Source: Candidatus Woesearchaeota archaeon (GTDB taxonomy: Archaea; Nanobdellota; Nanobdellia; SCGC-AAA011-G17; JAGVZF01). Taken from it: a stretch of 64,000 nucleotides of DNA. This document shows, piece by piece, positions 41,894 to 50,741 of the stretch; position 1 is the first letter of the stretch, and each line of letters opens with the position of its first letter. The stretch lies in NCBI GenBank assembly GCA_018302785.1, contig JAGVZF010000012.1, positions 1,859 to 65,858 of the forward strand, given 5' to 3'. The position numbers and the translations under genes are program-made. The notes beneath the pieces are model-generated. The model worked only from the letters and a program-made list of their open reading frames with translations. It made no database searches and had not been told where the DNA came from.

Positions 41894-41934
41894 CATAAAA
41901 TGTGTTTAATAAAAAAAGAATAATAATGTTATAC

Positions 41935-42471
41935 TTAAAACTCAAGCTTTAAAAATGAAGCATTATCTATCCCATGAACAGATGGAAGTTCTTCTAATGG
42001 CTTATTATTAATTATTAGTTGAGATATTCTAATTGGACCATTATGAGTAACAATAGCAATTGTATTAACTTGATAATCTTTCAATTTACTATAAAAAGTC
42101 TTTAATCTTAGATAAACATCATAAAGACTTTCCCCATTAGCTGGCTTTCCGTGATAAAATCCTCCTGGTAGAGCTTCTAAGTCTTTTAAAGTAACTACTT
42201 TTCCTTCAAATTCCCCATAACTTCTTTCCCTTAGTAATTTTGTTAAGATTAACTTTTTTGTTTTATTAGTTTTAAAAATTTCTTGAGCTGTTTTTACACA
42301 TCTGTCTAAGTCACTTGAAAAAATTAATTCTAAATCATATTTTTTAAGTTGGAGTCCAAGATTCTTTGCTTGAATTAATCCTTTTTTAGTTAGTCTTCCT
42401 TGTAACCAGCCTTGTATTAAACCTTTTAAGTTTTCTTCAGTTTCTCCATGTCTAGCTAATATTAATTTCAT
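41935..42471 (-). CDS. Histidine phosphatase (phosphoglycerate mutase family)
   Basis: MKLILARHGETEEN catalytic RHG motif; IVTHNGPI (His). The likely start is the second Met, at 42471. Confidence 0.8.
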   Translation of the reverse strand: MKLILARHGETEENLKGLIQGWLQGRLTKKGLIQAKNLGLQLKKYDLELIFSSDLDRCVKTAQEIFKTNKTKKLILTKLLRERSYGEFEGKVVTLKDLEALPGGFYHGKPANGESLYDVYLRLKTFYSKLKDYQVNTIAIVTHNGPIRISQLIINNKPLEELPSVHGIDNASFLKLEF

Positions 42472-42524
42472 TTTACTAATAATAAGATTTAAATACAAAA
42501 ATTTATAATTCTTTTTAAAATAAA

Positions 42525-42923
42525 ATGGAAAATTGTATCTTTTGCAAAATAATAAAAAAAGAAATCTTAAGTAAAGTAGTTTATGAAAATAAAATTATCT
42601 TTGCTTTTCTTGATAATAATCCTTATAATTTAGGACATACTTTAGTTATCCCAAAGAAGCATTATAGGTGGGTTTGGGATATAAAAGATATTGGAGAATT
42701 TTATAATTCTGTTAATAAAGTTGCTAATGCAATGAGAAAAGGTCTTAAGACAGAATTTATAGTTTCTTTGGTTGTTGGAGAAGAAGTTCCTCATGCACAT
42801 GTTCATTTAGTCCCTAGATATAAAAATGACGGGCATGGTGGGGCTATTAATATACATAATCATAAGAAACTAACAGATAAAGAGCAAGACGAAGCAATTA
42901 AGAAAATCCAAAGGTTTTTATAA
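42525..42923 (+). CDS. HIT-family nucleotide hydrolase/transferase
   Basis: CIFCKII start, HTLVIPK, histidine triad HAHVHLVPR. Confidence 0.9.
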   Translation: MENCIFCKIIKKEILSKVVYENKIIFAFLDNNPYNLGHTLVIPKKHYRWVWDIKDIGEFYNSVNKVANAMRKGLKTEFIVSLVVGEEVPHAHVHLVPRYKNDGHGGAINIHNHKKLTDKEQDEAIKKIQRFL

Positions 42924-42951
42924 GTTTTTTGACGCTATTTCTTCTAAATTC

Positions 42952-43051
42952 GGCGCTGTATTTTAGCCTGGAAGTAATGGGCAATAGAAAGCCGCTCTCA
43001 TGGTTTTTATGGGAAAGGCGGAGGTCGGGTGTTCAAATCACCCCAGCGCCA
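42952..43051 (+). tRNA. tRNA-Met/Ile2(CAU) candidate, 100 nt, elongator type, with D-loop and anticodon-loop insertions
   Basis: Acceptor GGCGCUG/CAGCGCC+A. D stem UUUU/GAAA with a 22-nt D-loop. Anticodon stem CCGCU/GGCGG. Loop CUCAU + 13 nt (43002-43014 ggtttttatggga) + AA. Variable loop AGGUC. T arm GGGUG-UUCAAAU-CACCC. Confidence 0.6.
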
Positions 43052-43056
43052 TTTTC

Positions 43057-43072
43057 ATAAAGCTTTAAATAG
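43057..43072 (+). promoter_or_regulatory. BRE/TATA-like promoter (ataaagctttaaatag)
   Basis: Motif match, about 30 nt upstream of the ATG at 43095. Confidence 0.45.
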
Positions 43073-43094
43073 GTGATAATGTGGTAATTTGATT

Positions 43095-43289
43095 ATGTGG
43101 CCCTTAGATTATATTGTGAAAGATATTAAGAGGCACATATGGATTTATGTTGCTTTAATTTTAGTAGTCTTATGGTCTATATTTATTAAGAAAGATTTGA
43201 TTTTAGGACTAATTATTCTAGCACTTGGTATAGTCTTTACGCCATTAGACCGATATGTCTTTCAGGATAGATTTAAGAAAAATACTTAG
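43095..43289 (+). CDS. Small 2-TM membrane protein
   Basis: ORF with hydrophobic segments IWIYVALILVVLWSIFI and LILGLIILALGIVFTPL, plus a promoter-like motif upstream. Confidence 0.4.
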   Translation: MWPLDYIVKDIKRHIWIYVALILVVLWSIFIKKDLILGLIILALGIVFTPLDRYVFQDRFKKNT

Positions 43290-43302
43290 TTGATTCAATT
43301 AC

Positions 43303-45018
43303 CTATATTAAGCCAGCTTTTATTTCTTTAACTATACTTTTATAATAATATTTGCCCCATTTTCTAATTTGTGTTTTATTTAAGTGTCTTAAGTAGTCTG
43401 CTATTTTTTGACCTGATAATAATTCTGGTAGAATAACAAAATCAGCTCCTTTTTCATATAAAGTTTTTAGTTCTACTAGGTCTTTAGTTGTTACAATAAC
43501 AGTTCCTTTTTTATTATATTTTTTATAAAGTCTCATTATTTCTAAGTTATCTTCTAAATTATGAATTGTAGATATAACAATTTTAGGCTTAGTTCTTAAA
43601 ATTTCTTCTATAAAGTCAATATCTGAGACATCTCCATAGATTGCTTCTATGCCTAATTTCTTTAAATTTGATATCACATCAGGATTAAAATCTATTGTTA
43701 GGAATTTTTTCTTAGTATTTTGCAATGATTTTATTATATTATATCCTGTTCTATGGCCTCCAAATAAAATAACGTCATATTTATTATTTTCAATTTTATA
43801 TCTTTCTTCTTTTAATTTCTTTCTTTCAAAAATTGATAAATACTTGGACATTAGAATATATAATTTATCATTATTTATTATTAAATAAGATGAAATTGTA
43901 ATTGTTATTAATCCTACAATTGTTATTAATGTAACTATATCTTGGGTTAAATGGCCTGCTCTTAAGCCTAAATTTATAAGAATTAAGGAAAATTCGCTAA
44001 TTTGGACTATTGCTAAACTTGATAGAAAATTCGTTCTTTTTTTATAGCCAATTATTGCCATAATTATTAATAAAATTAAGAATTTCCCAACAATTACAAA
44101 AATAGATATTATTAAAGCAGGAATTATTATTTTAGATACTGAACTTAAAAGCATACCAATTCCTAGATTTACAAAGAAGATTACAATAAAGAAATCTCTT
44201 AGAGGTTTTACTTTATTTAAGATTACATGATTAAATGGAATTACTGTTAAACTTACTCCTGCTAAAAATGCCCCAATTTCTAAAGATAAGCCTAAAAGAT
44301 AAGCTATAGAAGATAATAAAAAACACCATGCAATACTTGCAATAAAAAGTAATTCTTGAGAACTTGAAACAATATTAAATAATTTTTTAAGTAAATATTT
44401 ACTTGAAATAAATACAAGTAAAATAAAACTTAAACCTTTAATAAAAATTATTACCGCAGAATTAATGTTAAAATTTTCATTACCTATACTAGTAATAAAA
44501 ATTAAAGAGATTATTGCAACAAAGTCTTGAACTAGTAATAAGCCAACTAAAATTTTCCCATATAATGTATCTATTTCATTTTTATCTGATAAAAGTTTTA
44601 TAATAATTATAGTGCTACTAAATGTTATTGCTAATGAAATATAAATTGAAGTTATATTTGAAAATCCTAAAGCTTTAGATAGTAAAAATCCAAATATAGT
44701 TGTTATAATTATTTGAAAAACTCCCATTATTATAGAAGTTTTACCTGTTTTTTTTAATGTTGAAAAGTTTAAACTTAATCCTACAATAAAAAGTAAGAAA
44801 GCAATTCCAATTTCTGAAAATAATTTAATTGTTTCAGAAGGGCCTGTAATTTTTAGGAATAATGGACCTAGAATAATTCCTGTGATAATATAAGCTAGAA
44901 TTGAAGGTTGTTTTAATAATTTTGCTAGAACTGCAATTACTGTTGCAACTAAAAGGATTATACTTATGTTAAGAAGTAAATTAGAATTAATTGCTGAAAT
45001 AACCTCTTCTAATGCCAT
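43303..45018 (-). CDS. CPA2-family cation:proton antiporter (Kef-type) with C-terminal TrkA-N/RCK domain
   Basis: About 12 TM helices followed by a Rossmann-like segment DVILFGGHRTGYNIIKSL...IYGDVSD. Confidence 0.8.
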   Translation of the reverse strand: MALEEVISAINSNLLLNISIILLVATVIAVLAKLLKQPSILAYIITGIILGPLFLKITGPSETIKLFSEIGIAFLLFIVGLSLNFSTLKKTGKTSIIMGVFQIIITTIFGFLLSKALGFSNITSIYISLAITFSSTIIIIKLLSDKNEIDTLYGKILVGLLLVQDFVAIISLIFITSIGNENFNINSAVIIFIKGLSFILLVFISSKYLLKKLFNIVSSSQELLFIASIAWCFLLSSIAYLLGLSLEIGAFLAGVSLTVIPFNHVILNKVKPLRDFFIVIFFVNLGIGMLLSSVSKIIIPALIISIFVIVGKFLILLIIMAIIGYKKRTNFLSSLAIVQISEFSLILINLGLRAGHLTQDIVTLITIVGLITITISSYLIINNDKLYILMSKYLSIFERKKLKEERYKIENNKYDVILFGGHRTGYNIIKSLQNTKKKFLTIDFNPDVISNLKKLGIEAIYGDVSDIDFIEEILRTKPKIVISTIHNLEDNLEIMRLYKKYNKKGTVIVTTKDLVELKTLYEKGADFVILPELLSGQKIADYLRHLNKTQIRKWGKYYYKSIVKEIKAGLI

Positions 45019-45090
45019 TTATTAAAAAGTGATTTATCTATTTATAAATTTAATTCTTTTTTTAAAGAAAATTTTAAGAAAAAATAAAGT

Positions 45091-45384
45091 TTATTTCTTT
45101 CCTAATGTTATTTCTATTGTACTTACTCTAATTAGTTTTTGTTCTTGGTTTTCAAATTCTTCTGAGTCAATTTTTATGCCCCTTATTTCTACAGTGTTTT
45201 CTAAGAATCTTTTAGTTGATACTTCTGCTATGTCTACTGCTCTTGAGATAAATTTACCCCTTGCTTTTATTACTACTTCATTTGCACCTTGTGTTGTAAA
45301 TTGCATTACTACTCCTGTTACATAGTTCATAAATGGTTTCCCACCAATAAAAACTATATGGTCATCTGTCCTGTTTTCTGCCAT
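45091..45384 (-). CDS. albA: Chromatin protein Alba
   Basis: IVFIGGKPFMNYVTGVVMQF...EVVIKARGKFISRAVDIAEV. ATG at 45384 is preceded by GGAGGU; the track start at 45399 is a GTG inside the SD region. Confidence 0.9.
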   Translation of the reverse strand: MAENRTDDHIVFIGGKPFMNYVTGVVMQFTTQGANEVVIKARGKFISRAVDIAEVSTKRFLENTVEIRGIKIDSEEFENQEQKLIRVSTIEITLGKK

Positions 45385-45406
45385 TTTAGTTACCTCCACA
45401 TACTAC

Positions 45407-45610
45407 TTATTTTCTGTCTTTCATCTCTTTTAATGTCTTAAGCCTAGTTAGATAACCAGCTATTGTATTCCTTAATTTCTTTGAAGGAATTTCAGCATAT
45501 TGAAAAGCAACTTTTTTATTTGTCTCAAAATCAAGAGCTACGCTATCAGGATATTTGGTAAATATTTCTACTGCAGTTCTTTTAACTAAGGTTGTTTTTA
45601 TTCTTCCCAT
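45407..45610 (-). CDS. rps17e: 30S ribosomal protein S17e
   Basis: MGRIKTTLVKRTAVEIFTKYPD; 67 aa. Confidence 0.9.
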   Translation of the reverse strand: MGRIKTTLVKRTAVEIFTKYPDSVALDFETNKKVAFQYAEIPSKKLRNTIAGYLTRLKTLKEMKDRK

Positions 45611-45642
45611 AGTGCTACTTTAACAGGATAACTTTATAAATT

Positions 45643-46938
45643 TTATGTTTTCTTTGGTTTTTGCTTATTAAATAAGGCTTGTTTACTCATTCTAGATGCG
45701 TAATTTAATGGATTTTTGAATTTTTCACAGTAATTACATTTTATGCCTAAACTAGAATAATAAGCTTCATTATCACAATTTGGGGGCATAATATCTTGCT
45801 TTTGCCTTTTATACCAGCTTATTTGTGATTTAATGTAATTTTCAGGTAGTGGAGAATAGTTCTTTTTATTCCATTCAACAAGTAAAGGTTCTATGTCTTC
45901 ATAAGAATAATTTGACTTTCTTAAAAAAGTGATTAAAATAAATAACGCTCTTTTTCTTCCATCGGTTTTAATTCCTTCAAGTATTTTTTTAATACAATTT
46001 GGGAAGTGTTTATCACTTATTTTAACAGTATCTTTTTTGTTTACAATAAATGTTGATTTTTCTTCTTGTTGTTTTTTTTGTTTTGACTGCCAATCTAAGG
46101 TTTGAATAAATAATTGCTTAGATTCATTTTCTTTAAATTCTTCTTGATTTAAAAAATGTTTTTTTACTTCTATATTTTCTGGAATTGCGTCTTTTTTGTT
46201 AAAATTTTTTATTTCATTTACAGAAATTGGAATGCTTACTAAACCAGATTTTTCGTTTATTGAATACGGAGCTCTAAACATATGCCTACTTGAAATTAAA
46301 ACAGAATCTATATCTACTAAGGCAAAAGGATTAAAAATATTTGATTTTTGAAATTCTTCTTTTTTAATATTAAATTTTGTTTCAATCTCATGTACAGTAT
46401 ATTTTTCTAATATTCTTTGAGATAAATGATCTTTAACCATATTCTTAATGAAATTAGCTATGTACCTAGATAGTTCTGGAAACATTAATCTAATTTCAAT
46501 ATCATTTACTTTTTGAGGGAAAGAGTTATATGGAAGAGTTATATGTAAGCCTTTATTACCTGAAAATTTAATAGCAGGATTATAAATTTCATAGTAATTC
46601 AAAGCTTCAATAATTATTTCTCCAGCAATTTTAGATATTTCAAAATCAACTCCATCTAAATCAAAAACTAAGTCCCAACCACTCCTTAGTTCATCTAATT
46701 CTTTTCTTGACATTCCAGTTTTTAATAATAAAGGATTTGACCATAATTCTTCAGAAATATGAAAAGAAGTTGCACCTAATTTCGCTAATTGGGAAATATC
46801 ATTTTCAAATTGAAGAATATCAGGTCTTTTACCAAAACCTTTATCCCCAAATTTAAAGGATACTTCTCTATTTTTAGATGAATTCAATATAGCTTTTTTT
46901 ACATCAGTTCTTGAATAATACTTAACAAAATCAGACAT
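45643..46938 (-). CDS. priS: DNA primase: PriS catalytic domain fused to a PriL-CTD-like 4-Cys module
   Basis: Catalytic DLVFDLDGVD and FSGNKGLHI motifs. The C-terminal third has HFPNCIKKIL...GRKRALFILITFL...IMPPNCDNEAYYSSLGIKCNYC, with four Cys. Confidence 0.75.
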   Translation of the reverse strand: MSDFVKYYSRTDVKKAILNSSKNREVSFKFGDKGFGKRPDILQFENDISQLAKLGATSFHISEELWSNPLLLKTGMSRKELDELRSGWDLVFDLDGVDFEISKIAGEIIIEALNYYEIYNPAIKFSGNKGLHITLPYNSFPQKVNDIEIRLMFPELSRYIANFIKNMVKDHLSQRILEKYTVHEIETKFNIKKEEFQKSNIFNPFALVDIDSVLISSRHMFRAPYSINEKSGLVSIPISVNEIKNFNKKDAIPENIEVKKHFLNQEEFKENESKQLFIQTLDWQSKQKKQQEEKSTFIVNKKDTVKISDKHFPNCIKKILEGIKTDGRKRALFILITFLRKSNYSYEDIEPLLVEWNKKNYSPLPENYIKSQISWYKRQKQDIMPPNCDNEAYYSSLGIKCNYCEKFKNPLNYASRMSKQALFNKQKPKKT

Positions 46939-46943
46939 TTCAT

Positions 46944-47339
46944 CTATAATTCGTGCTGTTTTTCCTCTAATTTATTATATACTATAAGAAATTGTTCTTT
47001 TAAATTTTCTTCTATAGATTTAAATTCATTTATTTTACTTAATAGCATATCTTTTGCTTCTTCTATTGATCTATAAACAGCAACATTTGCGCCTACATTA
47101 ATTAATAATTTTTTTTCATTTTCTAGTTTAGTTTTGATAAATATACCTGGGAGCAATTGGGAGAATAATTTTGAATTTTCTTTAACATTATTAAAATCAC
47201 TTAGATATTCTATTTGAGCACTAATATCATTAATTTGATTTGATATTAAAGAAAGTTGTTCTTGTAATTGCTGAAATTGATTTGCTAGAATTTGTGCTTC
47301 TACGTAGCTTTCATTTATCTTATTTTCATTATTTTGCAT
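46944..47339 (-). CDS. pfdA: Prefoldin alpha subunit
   Basis: 131 aa with coiled coils flanking a beta-hairpin region (LLPGIFIKTKLENEKKLLINVGANVAVYRSIEEA). Confidence 0.7.
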   Translation of the reverse strand: MQNNENKINESYVEAQILANQFQQLQEQLSLISNQINDISAQIEYLSDFNNVKENSKLFSQLLPGIFIKTKLENEKKLLINVGANVAVYRSIEEAKDMLLSKINEFKSIEENLKEQFLIVYNKLEEKQHEL

Positions 47340-47688
47340 TATCTTTTGATTTTTTCTTTTTTGGAGAAGTCTCTTTGGTTTTTACTTTTTGAGAAGTTTC
47401 AGCTGCTTGTTTTTTTTCTTTTGGGTTGAAATTTTTAATGAATTTTTGTTCTTTTTTTGGGTTTATATTAGCATTTATTAAGGCTTTTTTTACTTCTTCT
47501 GTTGATGCATTTTTTTGTATTTTAATTACTAAAGGAGTCGGATCTAAATGGTTTATATTACACCTTTTTCTTCTTACATAACCGTCAATCATAACAAAAT
47601 TTGCATTTATTGTGTCAATTACTACAGCTATATTTCCTGATTCTCTGCCTGCTATTTTTGTACAGACTCTACCTATTTCCATTAACAT
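47329..47688 (-). CDS. rpl14e: 50S ribosomal protein L14e
   Basis: MEIGRVCTKIAGRESGNIAVVIDTINANFVMIDG (KOW-like). Start chosen at an internal Met (47688 or 47682), because the track start lies deep inside rpl34e. Confidence 0.8.
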   Translation of the reverse strand: MLMEIGRVCTKIAGRESGNIAVVIDTINANFVMIDGYVRRKRCNINHLDPTPLVIKIQKNASTEEVKKALINANINPKKEQKFIKNFNPKEKKQAAETSQKVKTKETSPKKKKSKDNAK

Positions 47689-47953
47689 TTCTTGATATCT
47701 CCTTGATTTTTTCTCTTGAACAATTTGAGCATAAATAACCACCAAATAATCTATTTACTGTTTTTTTGGATTTAGACATAGTTCTATATTTATATGGTAA
47801 TTTTCTAGGTATTCCATGTAATTCTTTTTTGCAATTTGCGCATTTCTTTTTATTATGAACTCTTCTTTCATAATGAATTACTATTTTTCCTCCAGGAGTT
47901 TTAACTTTCTTTCTCTTAAATGTCCTTGATTTTGTTTTTGATGGTGATAGCAT
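47669..47953 (-). CDS. rpl34e: 50S ribosomal protein L34e
   Basis: KTPGGKIVIHYERRVHNKKKCANCKKELHGIP...GGYLCSNC. Confidence 0.9.
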   Translation of the reverse strand: MLSPSKTKSRTFKRKKVKTPGGKIVIHYERRVHNKKKCANCKKELHGIPRKLPYKYRTMSKSKKTVNRLFGGYLCSNCSREKIKEISRNVNGNR

Positions 47954-47954
47954 T

Positions 47955-48419
47955 TTAATAATATACTTTCAATAATTTTTTAAATATTTGGTTAAACACA
48001 AGTGATGTTAGAATATATATACCTAACCATCCAAAGCCTGTATTTGCTCCTAATTTAGGAATACTAAATGGTAAAGTTAATATAACTTGTGTATCTGGCA
48101 TTGATTTTCTAATCCACCAGAAAAGTATAATTAATGGCAAAAAGTTAATGATCATTGGTTTAATTGTATGCTTCATTTGTTCAAATGACATATCCATCAT
48201 TCTTTTTTGCATTTCCATTAATTTTTCTGGATTATCTTTATTAATTTTAGATTCTTCTTTTATTTTCTTTCTAAGATCATTTGATTCTTGTCTTAGTCTT
48301 TTTAGAGTTTCTTGGTTTGTTAAAAATTTATAAGAAAGAGTAACTAGGAAAGAAGCTGCTATTGAAAGTAAGGTTACAAATAATAATGGATTTTCTATAA
48401 TAAAAGACATTTTAACCAC
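47955..48419 (-). CDS. DUF106 / EMC3-Oxa1-like membrane protein insertase
   Basis: TM - coiled coil (KRLRQESNDLRKKIKEE...MQKRMMDMSFEQMK) - TM - TM topology. Conserved position downstream of secY. Confidence 0.7.
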   Translation of the reverse strand: MVKMSFIIENPLLFVTLLSIAASFLVTLSYKFLTNQETLKRLRQESNDLRKKIKEESKINKDNPEKLMEMQKRMMDMSFEQMKHTIKPMIINFLPLIILFWWIRKSMPDTQVILTLPFSIPKLGANTGFGWLGIYILTSLVFNQIFKKLLKVYY

Positions 48420-49806
48420 CCATCATCTTTCTTAAAGATGGATGCATGTCCATCATGTGTTGTTGAGCTATTTCCTCATATAATCTATAAATAATCATAA
48501 CAGATAATAAAATACTAGTACCATTTGTTAAAGCCCCAATTAAATCTGCTGAAGCTGCAAGAAAGCCTACTGCTATTGCACCCATTATAGTTAATGGTTT
48601 AATATATCTATTTAATAGTCTTTCTAAAACTCTTTCATCTCTTCTAAAACCAGGAATTTGAAGACCAGAAGCCATCATTTGTTTTGCTTGACTTTTTGCA
48701 TCCATCCCAGAGGTTTGAACCCAAAATATTGAGAATATAACAGATCCTGCTATTAAGAAAATTGAATATGCTAAGGCGTGAGCTAAATCTATAGAAACAA
48801 AAGAACCTCTTATAAAATTTCCTACTAAATCTGGAGGAAATAGCCATGCCACCACTCCAGTTGATGGAGTATTCCCTGAAAAAGTTCCTAGAAATGGATG
48901 GCCTGATTTTTCTAAAAGCCTTGCCCAAAGTTGAACATTTGCCAATAAAGCTGCAATTAAAATTACAGGAATATTACTTGTGTAAATAAATCTTAATGGC
49001 CATCTTATACCATGACCTCTTATGCTTCTTATACCACCAAAGCTTAATGGAATTTCAACTTTCATTGCTTGGGCATATACTGCAACAATAAAGATTATTA
49101 CTGTTGCAGCAATAGCTGCAAATGCTAGTAATGCCCCCCTTGGATCTTGATTTATTAGTGATGTAATTAAAACTAGTAAAGCTCCTACTGGAGGTTGACC
49201 TGAACCAAAGGCCCATACTCCGCTTAGTGATAGTGGAGAGAATACTCTAATAATAATTTGAGACGCAACTCCTGCAACAATAAATAATGAAATACCTGAA
49301 CCAAAGCCCCATTTATTTATTACTTCATCCATATAAATTACCATAAGACCGCCTAAGAATAATTGAAATATTAAAATTATAGGTGATATTCCTACTTTAG
49401 GAGCTAATCCCCCCATAACAACATAGATTGTAGCTTCAAATATTACAAAGAATATTGACATTATTTTTTGTAAACCTTGAAATTTTGCTTTGCCTTCATG
49501 AGTTGTTAAATCAAATTTTAAGATGCCAGAACCTACTAATAATTGAAGAACAATTGATGCTGTAACAATTGGACCAATACCTAGTGATAAAATAGAACCA
49601 AAAGAAGCTCCTAAAATTACAGAGAGTTGTTGAAATTGAGACAATGCATTGTCTCCTAAGCCGAATAATGGAATTGCTGATAAAATAAAGAATGCAATTA
49701 ATATTATTAAAGTCCATTTTAATTTTTCTTTGAATGAAAGCTTTTTTTCAAGAGGTTTTTTAACCTCAGGTAAGATATCACTTATGGTTTGTAATATACT
49801 AGGCAT
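48412..49806 (-). CDS. secY: Preprotein translocase subunit SecY
   Basis: 10-TM protein. LGIGPIVTASIVLQLL and GFGSGISLFI motifs. Follows rpl15. Confidence 0.95.
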   Translation of the reverse strand: MPSILQTISDILPEVKKPLEKKLSFKEKLKWTLIILIAFFILSAIPLFGLGDNALSQFQQLSVILGASFGSILSLGIGPIVTASIVLQLLVGSGILKFDLTTHEGKAKFQGLQKIMSIFFVIFEATIYVVMGGLAPKVGISPIILIFQLFLGGLMVIYMDEVINKWGFGSGISLFIVAGVASQIIIRVFSPLSLSGVWAFGSGQPPVGALLVLITSLINQDPRGALLAFAAIAATVIIFIVAVYAQAMKVEIPLSFGGIRSIRGHGIRWPLRFIYTSNIPVILIAALLANVQLWARLLEKSGHPFLGTFSGNTPSTGVVAWLFPPDLVGNFIRGSFVSIDLAHALAYSIFLIAGSVIFSIFWVQTSGMDAKSQAKQMMASGLQIPGFRRDERVLERLLNRYIKPLTIMGAIAVGFLAASADLIGALTNGTSILLSVMIIYRLYEEIAQQHMMDMHPSLRKMMGG

Positions 49807-50269
49807 TGCTAACTTCCTCTAGACTTTTTTGATTTTTGATTACTACATCTCCACCATGTTCTTTTATTTTTGATATTGCATTTTTGGATGCAGATTCACA
49901 AATAACTTTAACTTTTTTAGTTATATTGCCAGATCCTAAGAGTTTGTTATATCCTAGTTTTTTTAAGTCAATTACATATAATCCATTTTCTTTACTCAAA
50001 GAAATTGATTCTGCATGATCATTTATGTAATATAGATTAATTGTTTTTAATCTCTTTTTTAATGAACTAAAACCTTTTTTACCATAATAAGAATTACCAT
50101 ATTTTTGAAGTATACTTGGCTTTTTTTGGTCTGCTCTTTTTCCAGTTCCTGCCATACCAACGCCGCCTCTGTTTCCAGAACCCCTATGTTTCTTTTTAGC
50201 ACCCCAACCATGTGTTGTTTGTGCTCGCATTCTATTTGATTTTTTGCGTTTGTTTTTTAGTCTTAACAT
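49799..50269 (-). CDS. rpl15: 50S ribosomal protein L15 (uL15)
   Basis: HGWGAKKKHRGSGNRGGVGMAGTGKR; synteny. Confidence 0.9.
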   Translation of the reverse strand: MLRLKNKRKKSNRMRAQTTHGWGAKKKHRGSGNRGGVGMAGTGKRADQKKPSILQKYGNSYYGKKGFSSLKKRLKTINLYYINDHAESISLSKENGLYVIDLKKLGYNKLLGSGNITKKVKVICESASKNAISKIKEHGGDVVIKNQKSLEEVSNA

Positions 50270-50270
50270 T

Positions 50271-50741
50271 TTAAATCATCCTCATAATAAGGTCATTGAT
50301 TTTATCTTTTCTATAACCTAAGGACCCTCCTTTAGAAAATGGCTCTTTAATACCTTTATTACCATAACCAAATTTTGCAGGTTGAAGTTTAAAATATGTT
50401 TTTAATCCAGGAATATTTTTTAATTCTTTTTTATATGCCATGAATTCTTTAGAAAATTCATCTAAGCTTAATTTTAATTTTTCTTTAATGTATTCCTCTG
50501 TCAGTCTTTTATTGCCTGCTAATTTTCCTCTATTTTTTAATAATGCATTAAATGTTTTTTCGTCTATTTCCCCCCAGGTAACATAGTCTTTAACAAAATT
50601 AAGCATACCTAATTGAGAAGGAATATTTTTTAGGATCGAACATGAATTTCTTCTATAGAGATTCATCATTTTTAGAGTATCTTTAACTTTTTTACTTAAG
50701 CCTATTTGTCCTCTAATCCTGACAACTGCAATTCTTTGCAT
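50271..50741 (-). CDS. rpl30: 50S ribosomal protein L30 (uL30)
   Basis: IAVVRIRGQIGLSKKVKDTLKMMNL; synteny. Confidence 0.9.
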   Translation of the reverse strand: MQRIAVVRIRGQIGLSKKVKDTLKMMNLYRRNSCSILKNIPSQLGMLNFVKDYVTWGEIDEKTFNALLKNRGKLAGNKRLTEEYIKEKLKLSLDEFSKEFMAYKKELKNIPGLKTYFKLQPAKFGYGNKGIKEPFSKGGSLGYRKDKINDLIMRMI

